DNA from: a virus
Lineage: Duplodnaviria; Caudoviricetes
Strand: one strand, 5' to 3'
IMG/VR virus record: IMGVR_UViG_3300028833_000075
Span: 1-64,000 of that record
DNA length: 64,000 nucleotides
Shown here: positions 38,440 to 48,752 of the stretch, piece by piece
Layout of the letters: each line of letters begins with the position of its first letter
Numbering within the stretch: position 1 is the stretch's first letter
Position numbers and translations under genes: made by a program
The notes under the pieces: model-generated
Database searches by the model: none
Told to the model about the DNA's origin: nothing
Seen by the model: the letters and a program-made list of their open reading frames with translations, nothing else

Positions 38440-41400
38440 TCATGTTTGTTCAATGTATCTGTTTACAAAGTTAACAGTAGATACAGAATCTTTTACAACA
38501 GCCAGACAAGATTTAATTTTGACAACAGATGGATCAAGATCGTATCCGGCAACAGTTTCTCCACTTTCGGTGAATGTAATAACAGTTTCAGCCGGGACGT
38601 CTGTGATTGACCATTCGAACGGTGTAGTGATCCCGTCTGCAGTGTTATCTGCATTGTTTAATGTAAATACAGCCCCGTTGTAGTTGTTTGTAATTTGGAA
38701 AGTTTCTGGTAAGGATTCTATGTTTTCGAATAATTTTGTAACCTTTACTGTTCCAACGTCCATCTCATAATGATTCGTAACATAAACTTCAGCAGGGTTG
38801 GATGAAGTGTTCGTACGGGATACAGCAACAGTTCCGGTTGAAGGATTGTATGTTGTTGTTAACGTATAATTTGCAACTGCTTTACCAGACGCAATTGTTT
38901 CAACAACGGAATAATTTCCAACAGGCAAATTATCAATTTGCTTATATCCGTTAGACTCAATATCCGCATACGTAAATGTATCAACAACATTATTGTTCCA
39001 ATCTGATACGGTAAATACAATGCCAGACTTTTGATTGGAAGTCAGATCACTATCAGATAAGTCGCTTGTTGAATCAAACTGTTTAACAATTTGTAAACTT
39101 CCAACATGTTGTGTATAAGTGTTTGTAACTGTAGCAACTTTATTTGAACCATCTGTAATAATAGCATAATTTGTCTCGCTTCCATCAATAGAATAAGATG
39201 TTGTAACATCAAAATCTTGTACACTTGTATTTGTTTCAAACACAGAGTATGTTCCAAGTGTTAGATGTTCGAGAACCATCTGATTGTTTGTCATGTCTGC
39301 ATATGTAAATGTTCTGCTGAACACATCTGCATCGGAAGAGCTTTGCTTCGGTCCGGTAACAGTAAAACTTATTGCATTGCGCTGAGTCGGAGTGAGTTTG
39401 TTATAATCTCCGGCCCACGCTTTTACAATGGTCAAAGTTCCTTCCAGAATATTAACGTTGTTTGTTACAATGATCGTTTTCGATTCGCCGTCGCCAATTG
39501 TAGTTCTGTTGGTTGCATTTCCATTTACAGAATAAGTAGTAGTAATCTGATAATTTTCAATCGTATTATTACTCACTACAACTATATATTCACCAAGTGT
39601 TAACTGTTCAAATGTAACAGCATCGTTAATCATGTCTGCATACGTAAACACCTGATTAAACGAAGATGAATCCGAAGAAGATTGTTTTGGTCCGCTTACG
39701 GTATAAGTAAAAGCATTCTTTTGAGCAGATGTAAGAAGACTATGATCACCGGTCCAGACGTTGCTAATGGTTAACCTGCCTTCAAGTTTATTAACGCTGT
39801 TTGTAACAGCAATCGTCGCAGAATCTCCATCGTTAAGAGCGACGTTATTGCTTGCGTTGGCTCCAACTGAATATGAAGTTGTTACAATGAAATTTTCGAA
39901 TTCAGCGTTTGATTCTGTAACCGTATAAATGCCGAGCGTTAATCCTTCAAATGTCTTTGAACCATTTACCATGTCTTCGTACGTAAATGTTTCTAAGAAT
40001 GTTGTTGCATCTGAAGACTTTTGTTTCGGACCTGTAACTGTAAATGTTACGTCATTTTTCTGTTCGGAGGTAAGCCTTGCATGGTCTCCTGTCCATGTTT
40101 TCGTTATCGTTAATGAAGCTTCGAGCTTATTAACATTATTGGTGACAGTAATTGTTTTTGTTGTTCCGTCAACAAGAGTTACTGAGTTGGTTGCAGTACT
40201 GCCAACTTTATACGTTGTCGTAATCTCAAAATTTTCAAATGAGTTATTTGATTCCGTAACTGTGTATTCGCCAAGAGTAAGATGCTCAAGAGTCTTGCTT
40301 CCGTTTGTCATGTCAGCATACGTAAACGATGAACTATAACCGGCAGGACCAACAACGGAAAAGACGACTGAGTTCTTTTGCGCTGCAGTAAGTTTTGCGT
40401 CGTCTCCGTTCCATACTTTAGAAATAGTCAGGTCGCAAAGTTGTTCGTTTGTAAATGTCGCATCGATGTTTCCAGATGCTGCCGGAGTTTTGGTTACAAT
40501 CAAATTGCCGTTAGTGTCGTCTGAAACACTCACGTTAATCCATTTTTTAATAACGTCATACTTAATATTACCGTTGATATAATTTTGGTCAACAGTTGGG
40601 ACAATTTCTTCCAACATAAACCAATATGACGTCTGAGTGTCGTCGCGGCTGGAATTCTTAACAAACGTTACAACGTCTAAAAAATCAACATCCTGCGTAC
40701 TGCCAATGTCTGCAATTCGAGTAACAGGAGTTGCGAGAACTACATTCGACACAGCTTGGGTCGTACTATTGTTTCCGTCAACCTGTGTAAGTTTTATTGT
40801 AAATGGGTGAGCCGACATATTTCCGTTTGTAAAAACAACACGAGAATTAAAGCTAAGATTACCTGTCGCAGAATAAACGTTTGTAAACAAAACTTTATTA
40901 TTCTGCTGATATGTTGGCGTAACGCTAAGCGTTCCGTCAAACAAATCATGGACTTCAACGGATACGCTATCTGTTGAACTGTCAGGAGTTGTTCCTGTCA
41001 TATTAGCGGTTTCCGTTATAATATAATTAAAAGTTTTTGCTCCGTTTGCTCCAAGGTCTGTGATCTTATATATGATCTGTCCAAACTCAAAGTTTGCAGT
41101 ATTCTCTCCGGTCATAAGAGGTACGGAAATATTTGCAGGAGATGGGAGTTTATCTGTATTTCCGGATATTGCAACGCTTAATGAATCAGCATTTTTAAAT
41201 TTACGATTCAGAAGTGTTTTCATTCCTGGGATGACTAAATATCCGGTAGCATCATAAATACTTTCAAATACAATTCGATTACCGTCGCTGTATGTTGGTG
41301 TAATTTCAAGTATACCGTTATATAAATCAGTAACCTGAATATCTACAGTATGAATTCTTGTATCGTTTGTTGCTCCGGCAATAATTGTCGATTCTGTTAC

Positions 41401-43362
41401 GATGTAGCTGAATGTACGTGTTTGCTGTTCTTCCGTTTCGTTAAGAGTATATGTTAACTCCATGAAATGAAAGTCTGCCGTTTTTTGCCCAACCGGAAGA
41501 GGAACGGCAAACGTTGTAAGATAAGGAAGCTTTCCGCCATTTGTAGCATTTATAGTAACTGACATTGTATCCGATGCAACAAAATTACGATTCTCAAGCG
41601 TTTTAATACCATTGATAATAATCGATCCGGATGCGCTGTATACACCTCCGAAGTTAAGTTTATCGCCGTCTGCATATGTTGCTTCTGGAATAAGATGACC
41701 CTTCTTATCATCAGTAATTCGCACGGCGATGCTATGAACTTTTCCATCACCTGCAACGCCGGGTAAATTTGCTGTTTCCGTTACAAGATAAGAAATGGTT
41801 TTTACGTCGTCATACTGATCCAGTTGATTTTTCATATCAGTTAAAGTATAAGAAATAGTAGCAAAACTAAAATCTGCAGAATATTCTCCTATAGTAATAG
41901 GCACCGATATCGTTGCCGGAGAAGGAAGTTTCCCATTTCCGGTAATAGACATAGAAACAGTATCTCCATTTACATATTTGCGGCGGGAAATAGTTTTCGT
42001 TCCAATAAACGTGATCGATCCGGTCGCCTCATAAGTGTGGATAAAATTAAGATTTTTTTCTGTATCGTTTGTTTCAATTTCGAGAACGCCGTCTCTGATT
42101 TCATCTTTAACAAGAACCGTAACGGTATAGACAACCTTCGAGATCGTAACTCCGTTTTTATCGACGTCAGTTGCTTTAACCGTATAAATATGAGTTCCGA
42201 TATCATCCAGTGTATAATTGATCGGAGGGAATGAAATTGCCGTAGCTTCATCTGAAGCTGCTCCGACAAGAGTTGAAATGTTGTCCGCAATTATTTCGTT
42301 TCCTTCTTTTATTTGAACCATGAACTCTCTTGCGGCCATAGCGCGTCCATTTAATTGCATATTCCCCTGGAAGACAACACGCCCCATAGCTGAATATGTA
42401 TGGACAAAATAAACTGAATTGAAATTATCGCTTTTAGTTATTTTTAACGTACCGTTTCCTTTATCTTCAATTGTAACGGAAACGGTATACACGGTGTCGT
42501 CAAAAGACGCTCCGTTTATAGTGTGCCTTATTTCTCGAATGTGATACTCAAATGTTTTTATTGTTTGACCTGTTGGTAAATCTCCCGTGTCAAAGAAAAT
42601 ATCACCGAATGTAAATTTACTGCTATTGCCTCTCGATGGATAAATCGTAACTTCCGTGTTGTCCGGCATTGGAGCACCTGATGTTACAGCTTCGATACCA
42701 AGAGTTACAGAATCTCCGGTTTCAAATCTTCGGCCGGAAAGAAAAACCGCACCTGAAAAGAATACCATTGAAAACATTGCATCTATTTCATCGTCAGTTG
42801 CAGTATCCAGATCATCATTTTCGTCAATATATTCTTTGATTGTCTGATCTGATGTACTGGTAATAGGTAGCATAGATCCGTGCAGGATTACATCTCCGGT
42901 TTCACCATTGACGCTTTCCACTTGTCCGTTTTGACCTTGATATGCAGGAAAATATAACGGTGTATGTGTTCCGTCAATCCATTTCAAATCAAGTTTTGTC
43001 CATGTAAACTTTCCGCGTTCAAACACTGGGATAAGAGACCATTCGGAATCTTCTGCCGGATGATTTACGCCATCGTCTGACACTTGATAGGAAGCTGTAA
43101 CTTCCGATCCTGAAACAAGATCAGAAACACTCATAATCATTTGAAGCCATTGAGCTTCTGTGCCAGTATAACCGTTTTCAACAGCTGTTCTATATAAAGA
43201 AACAGAACCGAGTTCTGTATAATGTCCGTCTCTATATTCGGCATACAGCATACCTGCGGTTCCGGTGTCAATGCCGTTTCCGATCCAAACACGGGTAACA
43301 TCTTTATAAGCAGGGAGGAGCTCCTGGAACTGTGCAGAAAATGTAAAAATACCATCAGCCAT
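38440..43362 (-). CDS. 1640-aa adhesin-like virion protein with tandem pilin-type (FctA/Spy0128-like and CnaB-like) Ig domains
   Basis: repeated G.KT...R.F...F.F..I.Y...Y.V.E...V.D...G.L units, then repeated LTI.K.W...FTV.GP...FTY.DM.NG...LG.Y.V.E units. Confidence 0.72.
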   Translation of the reverse strand: MADGIFTFSAQFQELLPAYKDVTRVWIGNGIDTGTAGMLYAEYRDGHYTELGSVSLYRTAVENGYTGTEAQWLQMIMSVSDLVSGSEVTASYQVSDDGVNHPAEDSEWSLIPVFERGKFTWTKLDLKWIDGTHTPLYFPAYQGQNGQVESVNGETGDVILHGSMLPITSTSDQTIKEYIDENDDLDTATDDEIDAMFSMVFFSGAVFLSGRRFETGDSVTLGIEAVTSGAPMPDNTEVTIYPSRGNSSKFTFGDIFFDTGDLPTGQTIKTFEYHIREIRHTINGASFDDTVYTVSVTIEDKGNGTLKITKSDNFNSVYFVHTYSAMGRVVFQGNMQLNGRAMAAREFMVQIKEGNEIIADNISTLVGAASDEATAISFPPINYTLDDIGTHIYTVKATDVDKNGVTISKVVYTVTVLVKDEIRDGVLEIETNDTEKNLNFIHTYEATGSITFIGTKTISRRKYVNGDTVSMSITGNGKLPSPATISVPITIGEYSADFSFATISYTLTDMKNQLDQYDDVKTISYLVTETANLPGVAGDGKVHSIAVRITDDKKGHLIPEATYADGDKLNFGGVYSASGSIIINGIKTLENRNFVASDTMSVTINATNGGKLPYLTTFAVPLPVGQKTADFHFMELTYTLNETEEQQTRTFSYIVTESTIIAGATNDTRIHTVDIQVTDLYNGILEITPTYSDGNRIVFESIYDATGYLVIPGMKTLLNRKFKNADSLSVAISGNTDKLPSPANISVPLMTGENTANFEFGQIIYKITDLGANGAKTFNYIITETANMTGTTPDSSTDSVSVEVHDLFDGTLSVTPTYQQNNKVLFTNVYSATGNLSFNSRVVFTNGNMSAHPFTIKLTQVDGNNSTTQAVSNVVLATPVTRIADIGSTQDVDFLDVVTFVKNSSRDDTQTSYWFMLEEIVPTVDQNYINGNIKYDVIKKWINVSVSDDTNGNLIVTKTPAASGNIDATFTNEQLCDLTISKVWNGDDAKLTAAQKNSVVFSVVGPAGYSSSFTYADMTNGSKTLEHLTLGEYTVTESNNSFENFEITTTYKVGSTATNSVTLVDGTTKTITVTNNVNKLEASLTITKTWTGDHARLTSEQKNDVTFTVTGPKQKSSDATTFLETFTYEDMVNGSKTFEGLTLGIYTVTESNAEFENFIVTTSYSVGANASNNVALNDGDSATIAVTNSVNKLEGRLTISNVWTGDHSLLTSAQKNAFTYTVSGPKQSSSDSSSFNQVFTYADMINDAVTFEQLTLGEYIVVVSNNTIENYQITTTYSVNGNATNRTTIGDGESKTIIVTNNVNILEGTLTIVKAWAGDYNKLTPTQRNAISFTVTGPKQSSSDADVFSRTFTYADMTNNQMVLEHLTLGTYSVFETNTSVQDFDVTTSYSIDGSETNYAIITDGSNKVATVTNTYTQHVGSLQIVKQFDSTSDLSDSDLTSNQKSGIVFTVSDWNNNVVDTFTYADIESNGYKQIDNLPVGNYSVVETIASGKAVANYTLTTTYNPSTGTVAVSRTNTSSNPAEVYVTNHYEMDVGTVKVTKLFENIESLPETFQITNNYNGAVFTLNNADNTADGITTPFEWSITDVPAETVITFTESGETVAGYDLDPSVVKIKSCLAVVKDSVSTVNFVNRYIEQT

Positions 43363-43684
43363 TTGTATTCACCACCTCGTTAATATGCTGTAATCCGACA
43401 TAACCTTTCATTTCTTTACAAACTCCGCGTACGTTGCCTGTAAGAATGACGTTTAATTGTGTGTAATACCATGCATTATTCTGGAATAGTAACGACTCTT
43501 CCTGAGAAAGAATTACGTTAAACTTACTGCTTAATCCGGCTGTGTTCTGTATTTGACCGGGATACACAATTCTTTCCAGTATAATATCGTCATTCTGCCT
43601 ATACGAAACAATGACTTTAACAATGTCTTCCCGTTGAAATGGCATTGTAAATGAATGCAAAACGGTTTCGCCTGGAATAAACAT
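43355..43684 (-). CDS. small baseplate/fibre adaptor-like protein
   Basis: 109 aa, beta-rich, LSQEESLLF; overlaps the adhesin start. Confidence 0.55.
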   Translation of the reverse strand: MFIPGETVLHSFTMPFQREDIVKVIVSYRQNDDIILERIVYPGQIQNTAGLSSKFNVILSQEESLLFQNNAWYYTQLNVILTGNVRGVCKEMKGYVGLQHINEVVNTNG

Positions 43685-43749
43685 AGCTTCTCACTTCCTT
43701 TCTCAAAAAGTAGGGGAGCAGGTCCTGTCAATAACAGGACCCGTCTCCG

Positions 43750-45192
43750 TTAAATTGCGGGATTAAAATCTCCGCCTTCAATGTGAACATTTGGTGTTGT
43801 CTCGTTCGAAAGAATTTCAACAGAATGATCTGTTCCGGTAAATAAACCGTCCGTAATAGTTAAACTCATATTTGCCTTTCCGGGGAAATTTGCAGACTCA
43901 TGATAGATTACAGCAGAGGCTGACATTTGCGTTGCATCATCTCCGATTTTTCCGGGAGAATTATCTCCACGTATCGCAGTAATGCTGCCATTGTTTATAG
44001 TAACTGTTCCGGCCCTCATCAGAATGCCGCATCCATCAGAAGAAGTAAGCGTTCCGTTGTTCATAACGAAAGTATCATTATTGGCAATATACACGCAGCA
44101 TGATTCGTATCCTGTTGTAGTTACATTGCCAAACAAATTCCCGTTATTTATAACAATAGAATTGCCGCCATGACCTGATGTTTTGTCTGTAAAAATGGCG
44201 GCAAAATCGTGAGCAACGACATCTCCGCCGTTAATTTCGATGGAACCTTGATTAAATGCACCAATACCGCCGTTGCTTGAATTGATTTCGCCAGCATTAA
44301 GCGTGAACTTGGAACCTATTCCTTCTACAACGAATCCAACAGCATTGGATCTGTAAGATCCTCCGTTAACAATAATCTCTCCTCCGTTTGTTGCTTGTGC
44401 AACACGAGCGTTTGTTTGAATAGTGCCATTTTTAAACGTAATTGTTGCCCCGTTAACAACAAACGCATAATCCGATCCGGAGTATGAAAGAGTATTTCCG
44501 CCAAGGTCTAAAACAACATTTTGCGCGACTGTGATTGGCTCAGAAAAGGTTAAGTTTGCAGCCATGTCTACATTCCCGCCGCGAGCAATAAGTTCTTTTA
44601 ACGCAAGCACCGAAGAAGCAGAGCCTGTAATAATATCCAGTTCATAATTTGAAAGCGCTTCAACTCCTACAAGGCCGCCGAGATTATCCCAGCGTTCTTC
44701 GTTAGCGTTCCATGCGTAGTTCGCACCGTTTTCTTCAACGTCGTACACATCTCCGTTTTCCGGATTTGCAATGTTGTCTAAATCGGCTACAGTCGGAACA
44801 GAGCCTTTATACCTGTATACTTCTGATACCGCTGCTCGAACATCTTCGAGTTCTGTTTTTGTTGCAGCGTCTGTAATTCCATATCCAGCAAGCGTAGTTG
44901 GCAAATCTTGAATATCGTCCCAGTCGATAGGCATTTCAGGATTATATACAGTGTGGACAACGCCATTTTCATCTATTCTTAAACCGTCTCCAATTTTTAT
45001 ACCTCCGAGGACGTTTGTGGTTGCAAATGGAAGTGTGTAATTTCTGAGAATTGCCAGCTTTTCTTTTTCAGCTGCCGAATAGTTTTCGTCAGATAAAACC
45101 TTACCTGCTTCTTTCTGGACGTAAATAGAGGCGGCTTTATCCCATAGGTGTTTCACACCAGTAGAATCGAGATACTTATTTTCGTATGCCAT
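43750..45192 (-). CDS. fibre protein with C-terminal beta-helix-like domain
   Basis: YLDSTGVKHLW N-motif; LGGIKIG; PTTLAGYGITDA; Gly/Asn-rich I.GG repeats. Confidence 0.7.
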   Translation of the reverse strand: MAYENKYLDSTGVKHLWDKAASIYVQKEAGKVLSDENYSAAEKEKLAILRNYTLPFATTNVLGGIKIGDGLRIDENGVVHTVYNPEMPIDWDDIQDLPTTLAGYGITDAATKTELEDVRAAVSEVYRYKGSVPTVADLDNIANPENGDVYDVEENGANYAWNANEERWDNLGGLVGVEALSNYELDIITGSASSVLALKELIARGGNVDMAANLTFSEPITVAQNVVLDLGGNTLSYSGSDYAFVVNGATITFKNGTIQTNARVAQATNGGEIIVNGGSYRSNAVGFVVEGIGSKFTLNAGEINSSNGGIGAFNQGSIEINGGDVVAHDFAAIFTDKTSGHGGNSIVINNGNLFGNVTTTGYESCCVYIANNDTFVMNNGTLTSSDGCGILMRAGTVTINNGSITAIRGDNSPGKIGDDATQMSASAVIYHESANFPGKANMSLTITDGLFTGTDHSVEILSNETTPNVHIEGGDFNPAI

Positions 45193-45210
45193 ATTCGTGT
45201 CCTCGTTTCA

Positions 45211-45450
45211 TTATGAATTTACAATTGAGTCAAGTTCCTCGTTGGATAAAGCCTCCATTGGAACATTAGAAAGGTCCGGGATCCCAATCGCTTCCAGTGT
45301 TTTGTTTCCAATAAGTTCAACTCCGTTGATTCTTGGCTTATTTCTTAACACGTTGTAATCCTCTGATCCCGAACCGATTGCCACAGGCGTGGTAAGCATA
45401 AGTTTATAATAGTTATCACTCTGCATTGGATGAATCTCAAGATCGTACAT
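45211..45450 (-). CDS. small fibre-associated protein
   Basis: DYNVLRNKPRINGVELIGNKT; LSNEELD C-motif. Confidence 0.65.
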   Translation of the reverse strand: MYDLEIHPMQSDNYYKLMLTTPVAIGSGSEDYNVLRNKPRINGVELIGNKTLEAIGIPDLSNVPMEALSNEELDSIVNS

Positions 45451-45465
45451 ATGCTCACCTCCCTG

Positions 45466-45807
45466 TCATTCATTTTCATTAAACGTTATTTCTTCTGTCA
45501 GAATAAAATCACCGACAAACGTTTCTTTTAATTGGTCTTCATATGCGATCTGAATATCAAATTTATAATGACCATATTTCATTTTACTTGTATCGTCAGG
45601 TTCGATCTTTACCTCGTAGTCGCCAAGACCAAGTTTGACAATGCCGCCAGCGCTGAGCTTTTTTTGGAAATGATAAACTTTATCTTTAGACGTACTTTTC
45701 ACTGTAAAATAAATTTCTGTGAAATCAATATCTGCGGCAGATCCTTCTGGATCTTTCACTAAAAACCGAACCAGCCGAATATCGCCTCGCGGCATTCGAA
45801 TTGTCAT
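45466..45807 (-). CDS. BppU-N-like adaptor protein
   Basis: MTIRMPRGD...FTVK...IEPDDT...YKFDIQ. Confidence 0.6.
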   Translation of the reverse strand: MTIRMPRGDIRLVRFLVKDPEGSAADIDFTEIYFTVKSTSKDKVYHFQKKLSAGGIVKLGLGDYEVKIEPDDTSKMKYGHYKFDIQIAYEDQLKETFVGDFILTEEITFNENE

Positions 45808-45826
45808 TGAACTTGGCCCCCTTTTA

Positions 45827-46177
45827 TCACCAGCGACGCTCTTCCGGATAATATGGATAATGACCTGACATATCCGGTCCGGATTCACGGCTGCGCATTC
45901 CTCTCATATTCATATTATTACTATATGCTCCATATGAATTACCTAATGGGCCATCATAAGAACTGGCGGGAAAATTATTATACGAAGAGTTCTGCGTACT
46001 GTTATTTTCGGCTTGTTTCATAGCTGTGTATGTTGCAAGACTTTTCATAGAATGAACAAGCAAGTCAATTCGACGAAGATCTCCTTCGCTCATTTCAGCG
46101 CCTGTGCGATACTTTTCTTCTAATAATTCCAGTTCTTTGCAAAGCTTATTTTCAAGCATCATGTATCTCTTTTCCAT
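45827..46177 (-). CDS. hypothetical protein of the six-gene module
   Basis: LCKELE...DLRRIDLLVHSMKSL plus a low-complexity S/Y/N/M tail. Confidence 0.65.
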   Translation of the reverse strand: MEKRYMMLENKLCKELELLEEKYRTGAEMSEGDLRRIDLLVHSMKSLATYTAMKQAENNSTQNSSYNNFPASSYDGPLGNSYGAYSNNMNMRGMRSRESGPDMSGHYPYYPEERRW

Positions 46178-46191
46178 ATGCCAACACTCCT

Positions 46192-46647
46192 TTACGCCAA
46201 TCTTGTAACTTCAACCCTCAGGTTACGAAGGTTGAGGGCGGGAGGGACAGCAGCAGGAGTAGCTCCTTCAGACGCGTTTTCAACGGCAACCGTATAACAA
46301 CATCCGACAGGTACGTCTACTATAGAGAATCCTGACACATTCCAGTATGCATCTACAACGGTTGGCGTTGCAGCGCTGATGCTGGCTTGATCAATTTCTC
46401 CGCCGATGGCGATCGCGAGCTGTATTTCTCCGGCGGTGCCTTCGGTTGGAACCGCAATATTACCGCTGTAAGCAACCCTATAACGTGCGAACCTGCCGCA
46501 TGGGTTATTTACAATTCCGCGAAGAGTTAAGATCCCGGAGCCGGGGCGATGAATAACATACCCACGAGAACATCCTATCTCATCGTCCAGAAGGGCAGAA
46601 GCGCCCGGCTGAACAAGCTGAGTAAGAACATAATTATATTGAGCCAT
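46192..46647 (-). CDS. beta-sandwich protein of the six-gene module
   Basis: HRPGSGILTLRG...GNIAVP...VPVGCC. Confidence 0.65.
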   Translation of the reverse strand: MAQYNYVLTQLVQPGASALLDDEIGCSRGYVIHRPGSGILTLRGIVNNPCGRFARYRVAYSGNIAVPTEGTAGEIQLAIAIGGEIDQASISAATPTVVDAYWNVSGFSIVDVPVGCCYTVAVENASEGATPAAVPPALNLRNLRVEVTRLA

Positions 46648-46682
46648 AAAGCATTTCTCCTTTGTCAAAATTAGATAGAACT

Positions 46683-46710
46683 AAAAACAGGAGGTCGTAA
46701 AGACCTCCTG
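46683..46710 (-). terminator. intrinsic terminator
   Basis: CAGGAGGTC/GACCTCCTG stem followed by U5 on the - strand. Confidence 0.65.
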
Positions 46711-46723
46711 AGATGACAATTAA

Positions 46724-47422
46724 TTAAACATTCCCGCAACCGCAACCAAAGTTCTGATTCTGGCAGCAGTTAGGATTCTGAACAATATAAGCCGGGCGAG
46801 CGGTCGGCGCAAGATATTGCTCCAGAGCATTCGTCTGATTGTCCTGACTGGCCTGGAACCGATCTCCAAGAGCGTTAAACGACGCGGCTGTACGATAGTT
46901 CTGATTAGCGTCACGCAGCGCATCAATTGTATTCTGCATGCCCGCAATGCGGTTTTCATAATTCTGCTTAATACCATCCATCTCAAGCTGACAAAGTTTA
47001 TCGATAATCTTCTGATTGTTCGCGTCACAGTTGGCGCGAGTAGCAGCACCCTCCTGAGCAATGGCGGTCTGTACTCCTGCCGTCGCAAGGCGATTTTCAC
47101 AACAACAATTCTGGAAGGAATTCTGCATCTGGAAATATTGATTCATATCTGACATCTGACGGGCATTTGCAGAAATCTCTGCCTGGGCGAATCCGTTTGA
47201 CACGGCGTTTGTCAGCCCGTTAATTCCATTCATGATGGCATTCTGATCAAATCCACGCTGGACGTTTGAGTAAGAATTGTTTCCACCGAAACCATTTCCG
47301 CCCCATCCAAACATAGCCATCCAGATCAGTAAAAACCACAGTCCGTTTCCACCAAACATGTCGTTTCCATAACCTGCGGGTGCAACCGGCATATACATGC
47401 CACCATTGTTGTTTTCCATCAT
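46724..47422 (-). CDS. Gly/Asn/Gln-rich protein with hydrophobic segment, CCC motif and coiled coil (six-gene module)
   Basis: MPVAPA...WFLLIWMAMFGWGGNGFGG...NCCCENR...GCGC; AGGAG RBS before ATG 47422. Confidence 0.7.
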   Translation of the reverse strand: MMENNNGGMYMPVAPAGYGNDMFGGNGLWFLLIWMAMFGWGGNGFGGNNSYSNVQRGFDQNAIMNGINGLTNAVSNGFAQAEISANARQMSDMNQYFQMQNSFQNCCCENRLATAGVQTAIAQEGAATRANCDANNQKIIDKLCQLEMDGIKQNYENRIAGMQNTIDALRDANQNYRTAASFNALGDRFQASQDNQTNALEQYLAPTARPAYIVQNPNCCQNQNFGCGCGNV

Positions 47423-47888
47423 AAGGATCACTCCTTTCAGCAATTTGGGTTTAAACCCATGACGATGGAAATAAGTCAACACGAGAACGCGAATTCGCTA
47501 TAGAGTTGTTGACGATCTCTTGGTGTTATGAAATTGTAAACTGCCCTGCGATCAATTAAGGTCGCAGGGCGAAATATTGCAATTAGATTCTCCTATATTC
47601 CATATAGCTTAACGTTTCACTATATATCACTGTCTGTTTCGAGACATGCGAAAGAATCTAATGAACAATTGATTTTAATTAATAAAAGATCTTATTACTT
47701 CGTAGCATAATTTTGTCCGAGGTTGGGCATAAGCCAATTCTCATGCCCGTATCCTCTATCGTACAGATCACTTTAAGGTCTTGATATACTTTCACCCTTT
47801 GCCACAAGTCTTGTGACCTGCTACTTCGTGATACATACTCACTGCACTTTTTGAGTTTGAACAGCACAAGGACGATCGGTTGTGATTA

Positions 47889-48095
47889 TTACAGAGTGAT
47901 ATCACATTTATTTAACGGAATCGCATTGCTAGCCGTTGTCGTATAAGTCCAGCTCGGATAGGTTATCGTGTCATACTTCTTGTTTCCATCCGCATATCCT
48001 TGACTGTAAGCATCGTCAAGCATCTTCTGGAGTTCATCCTTTGTGAGTTCAATTTTTCCATCTTTGTTCTTTTCGATAATAACAATTCGACTCAT
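47889..48095 (-). CDS. hypothetical protein
   Basis: MSRIVIIEK... after AAAGGA RBS. Confidence 0.55.
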   Translation of the reverse strand: MSRIVIIEKNKDGKIELTKDELQKMLDDAYSQGYADGNKKYDTITYPSWTYTTTASNAIPLNKCDITL

Positions 48096-48132
48096 AATTA
48101 TTCCTTTCTGTAGCATTGTGACTGCTACCAAC

Positions 48133-48618
48133 TACTTCGTAATACAGCAATATTGCGACCGTTGCCAGGAAGATCGGTGCATTGAATATCCCGGTTACCG
48201 GAGACACAGGAACGGATATAACAAACATTAGAATCACTTGGACAAGTCAACTTGGTTATCATTTACAAGTCACAACATCAAATGGAACGATTAGGATTAT
48301 AAAATGTGATGCATAATTTTCCTTTTGCGATTTTGTGCTTATGTCGGCAGTTTCATGTACTCGGTACGGATAAAGTAAATCGTTAGAGTTACGGTAGTGC
48401 TTGCAAGCGGATTTCCATTTGAATCATAAACACGGAATGTCCAGTTTCCACTACCTCCGACATAGTGTTCCGACCAACAGTTGTTTGTTATCTTTGTGTC
48501 AATAATAATTCGTGTCGGAGATATAGTGGTTGTGATGTATCCGCTTGCAGTTGTTGTTGCCGTTATTTCTATTACGCCAAACAACTCCTCATTAAACAAT
48601 TTGCTGTTTAACGAAGTA
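48133..48618. mobile_element. putative invertible (shufflon-like) segment with two alternative fibre C-termini
   Basis: inverted repeats TACTTCGTAATACAGCAA (48133-48150) and TTGCTGTTTAACGAAGTA (48601-48618), 16/18 identical, around back-to-back reading frames. Confidence 0.7.
48143..48316 (+). other. silent, start-less alternative fibre-tip cassette (57 codons)
   Basis: frame YSNIATVARKIGALNIPVTGDTGTDITNIRITWTSQLGYHLQVTTSNGTIRIIKCDA* begins inside the repeat, in the same register as LNSK of 48339-48752. Confidence 0.65.
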
Positions 48619-48752
48619 ATCTGACCTTCTACTGTTTTTCCGGATGGGACAGTTCCAATTTTATTATTTATTGTAGTTATGCTATCGTTTAGTGCATCAA
48701 TCTGCCCCTCAATTCCACCTACGTGGAAAACGCTGTTCGCCATTGCTGTCAC
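48339..48752 (-). CDS. short fibre/receptor-binding protein with switchable C-terminus
   Basis: EGQI..LN repeats, then an LNSK junction and a beta-rich tip. Confidence 0.7.
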   Translation of the reverse strand: MTAMANSVFHVGGIEGQIDALNDSITTINNKIGTVPSGKTVEGQITSLNSKLFNEELFGVIEITATTTASGYITTTISPTRIIIDTKITNNCWSEHYVGGSGNWTFRVYDSNGNPLASTTVTLTIYFIRTEYMKLPT

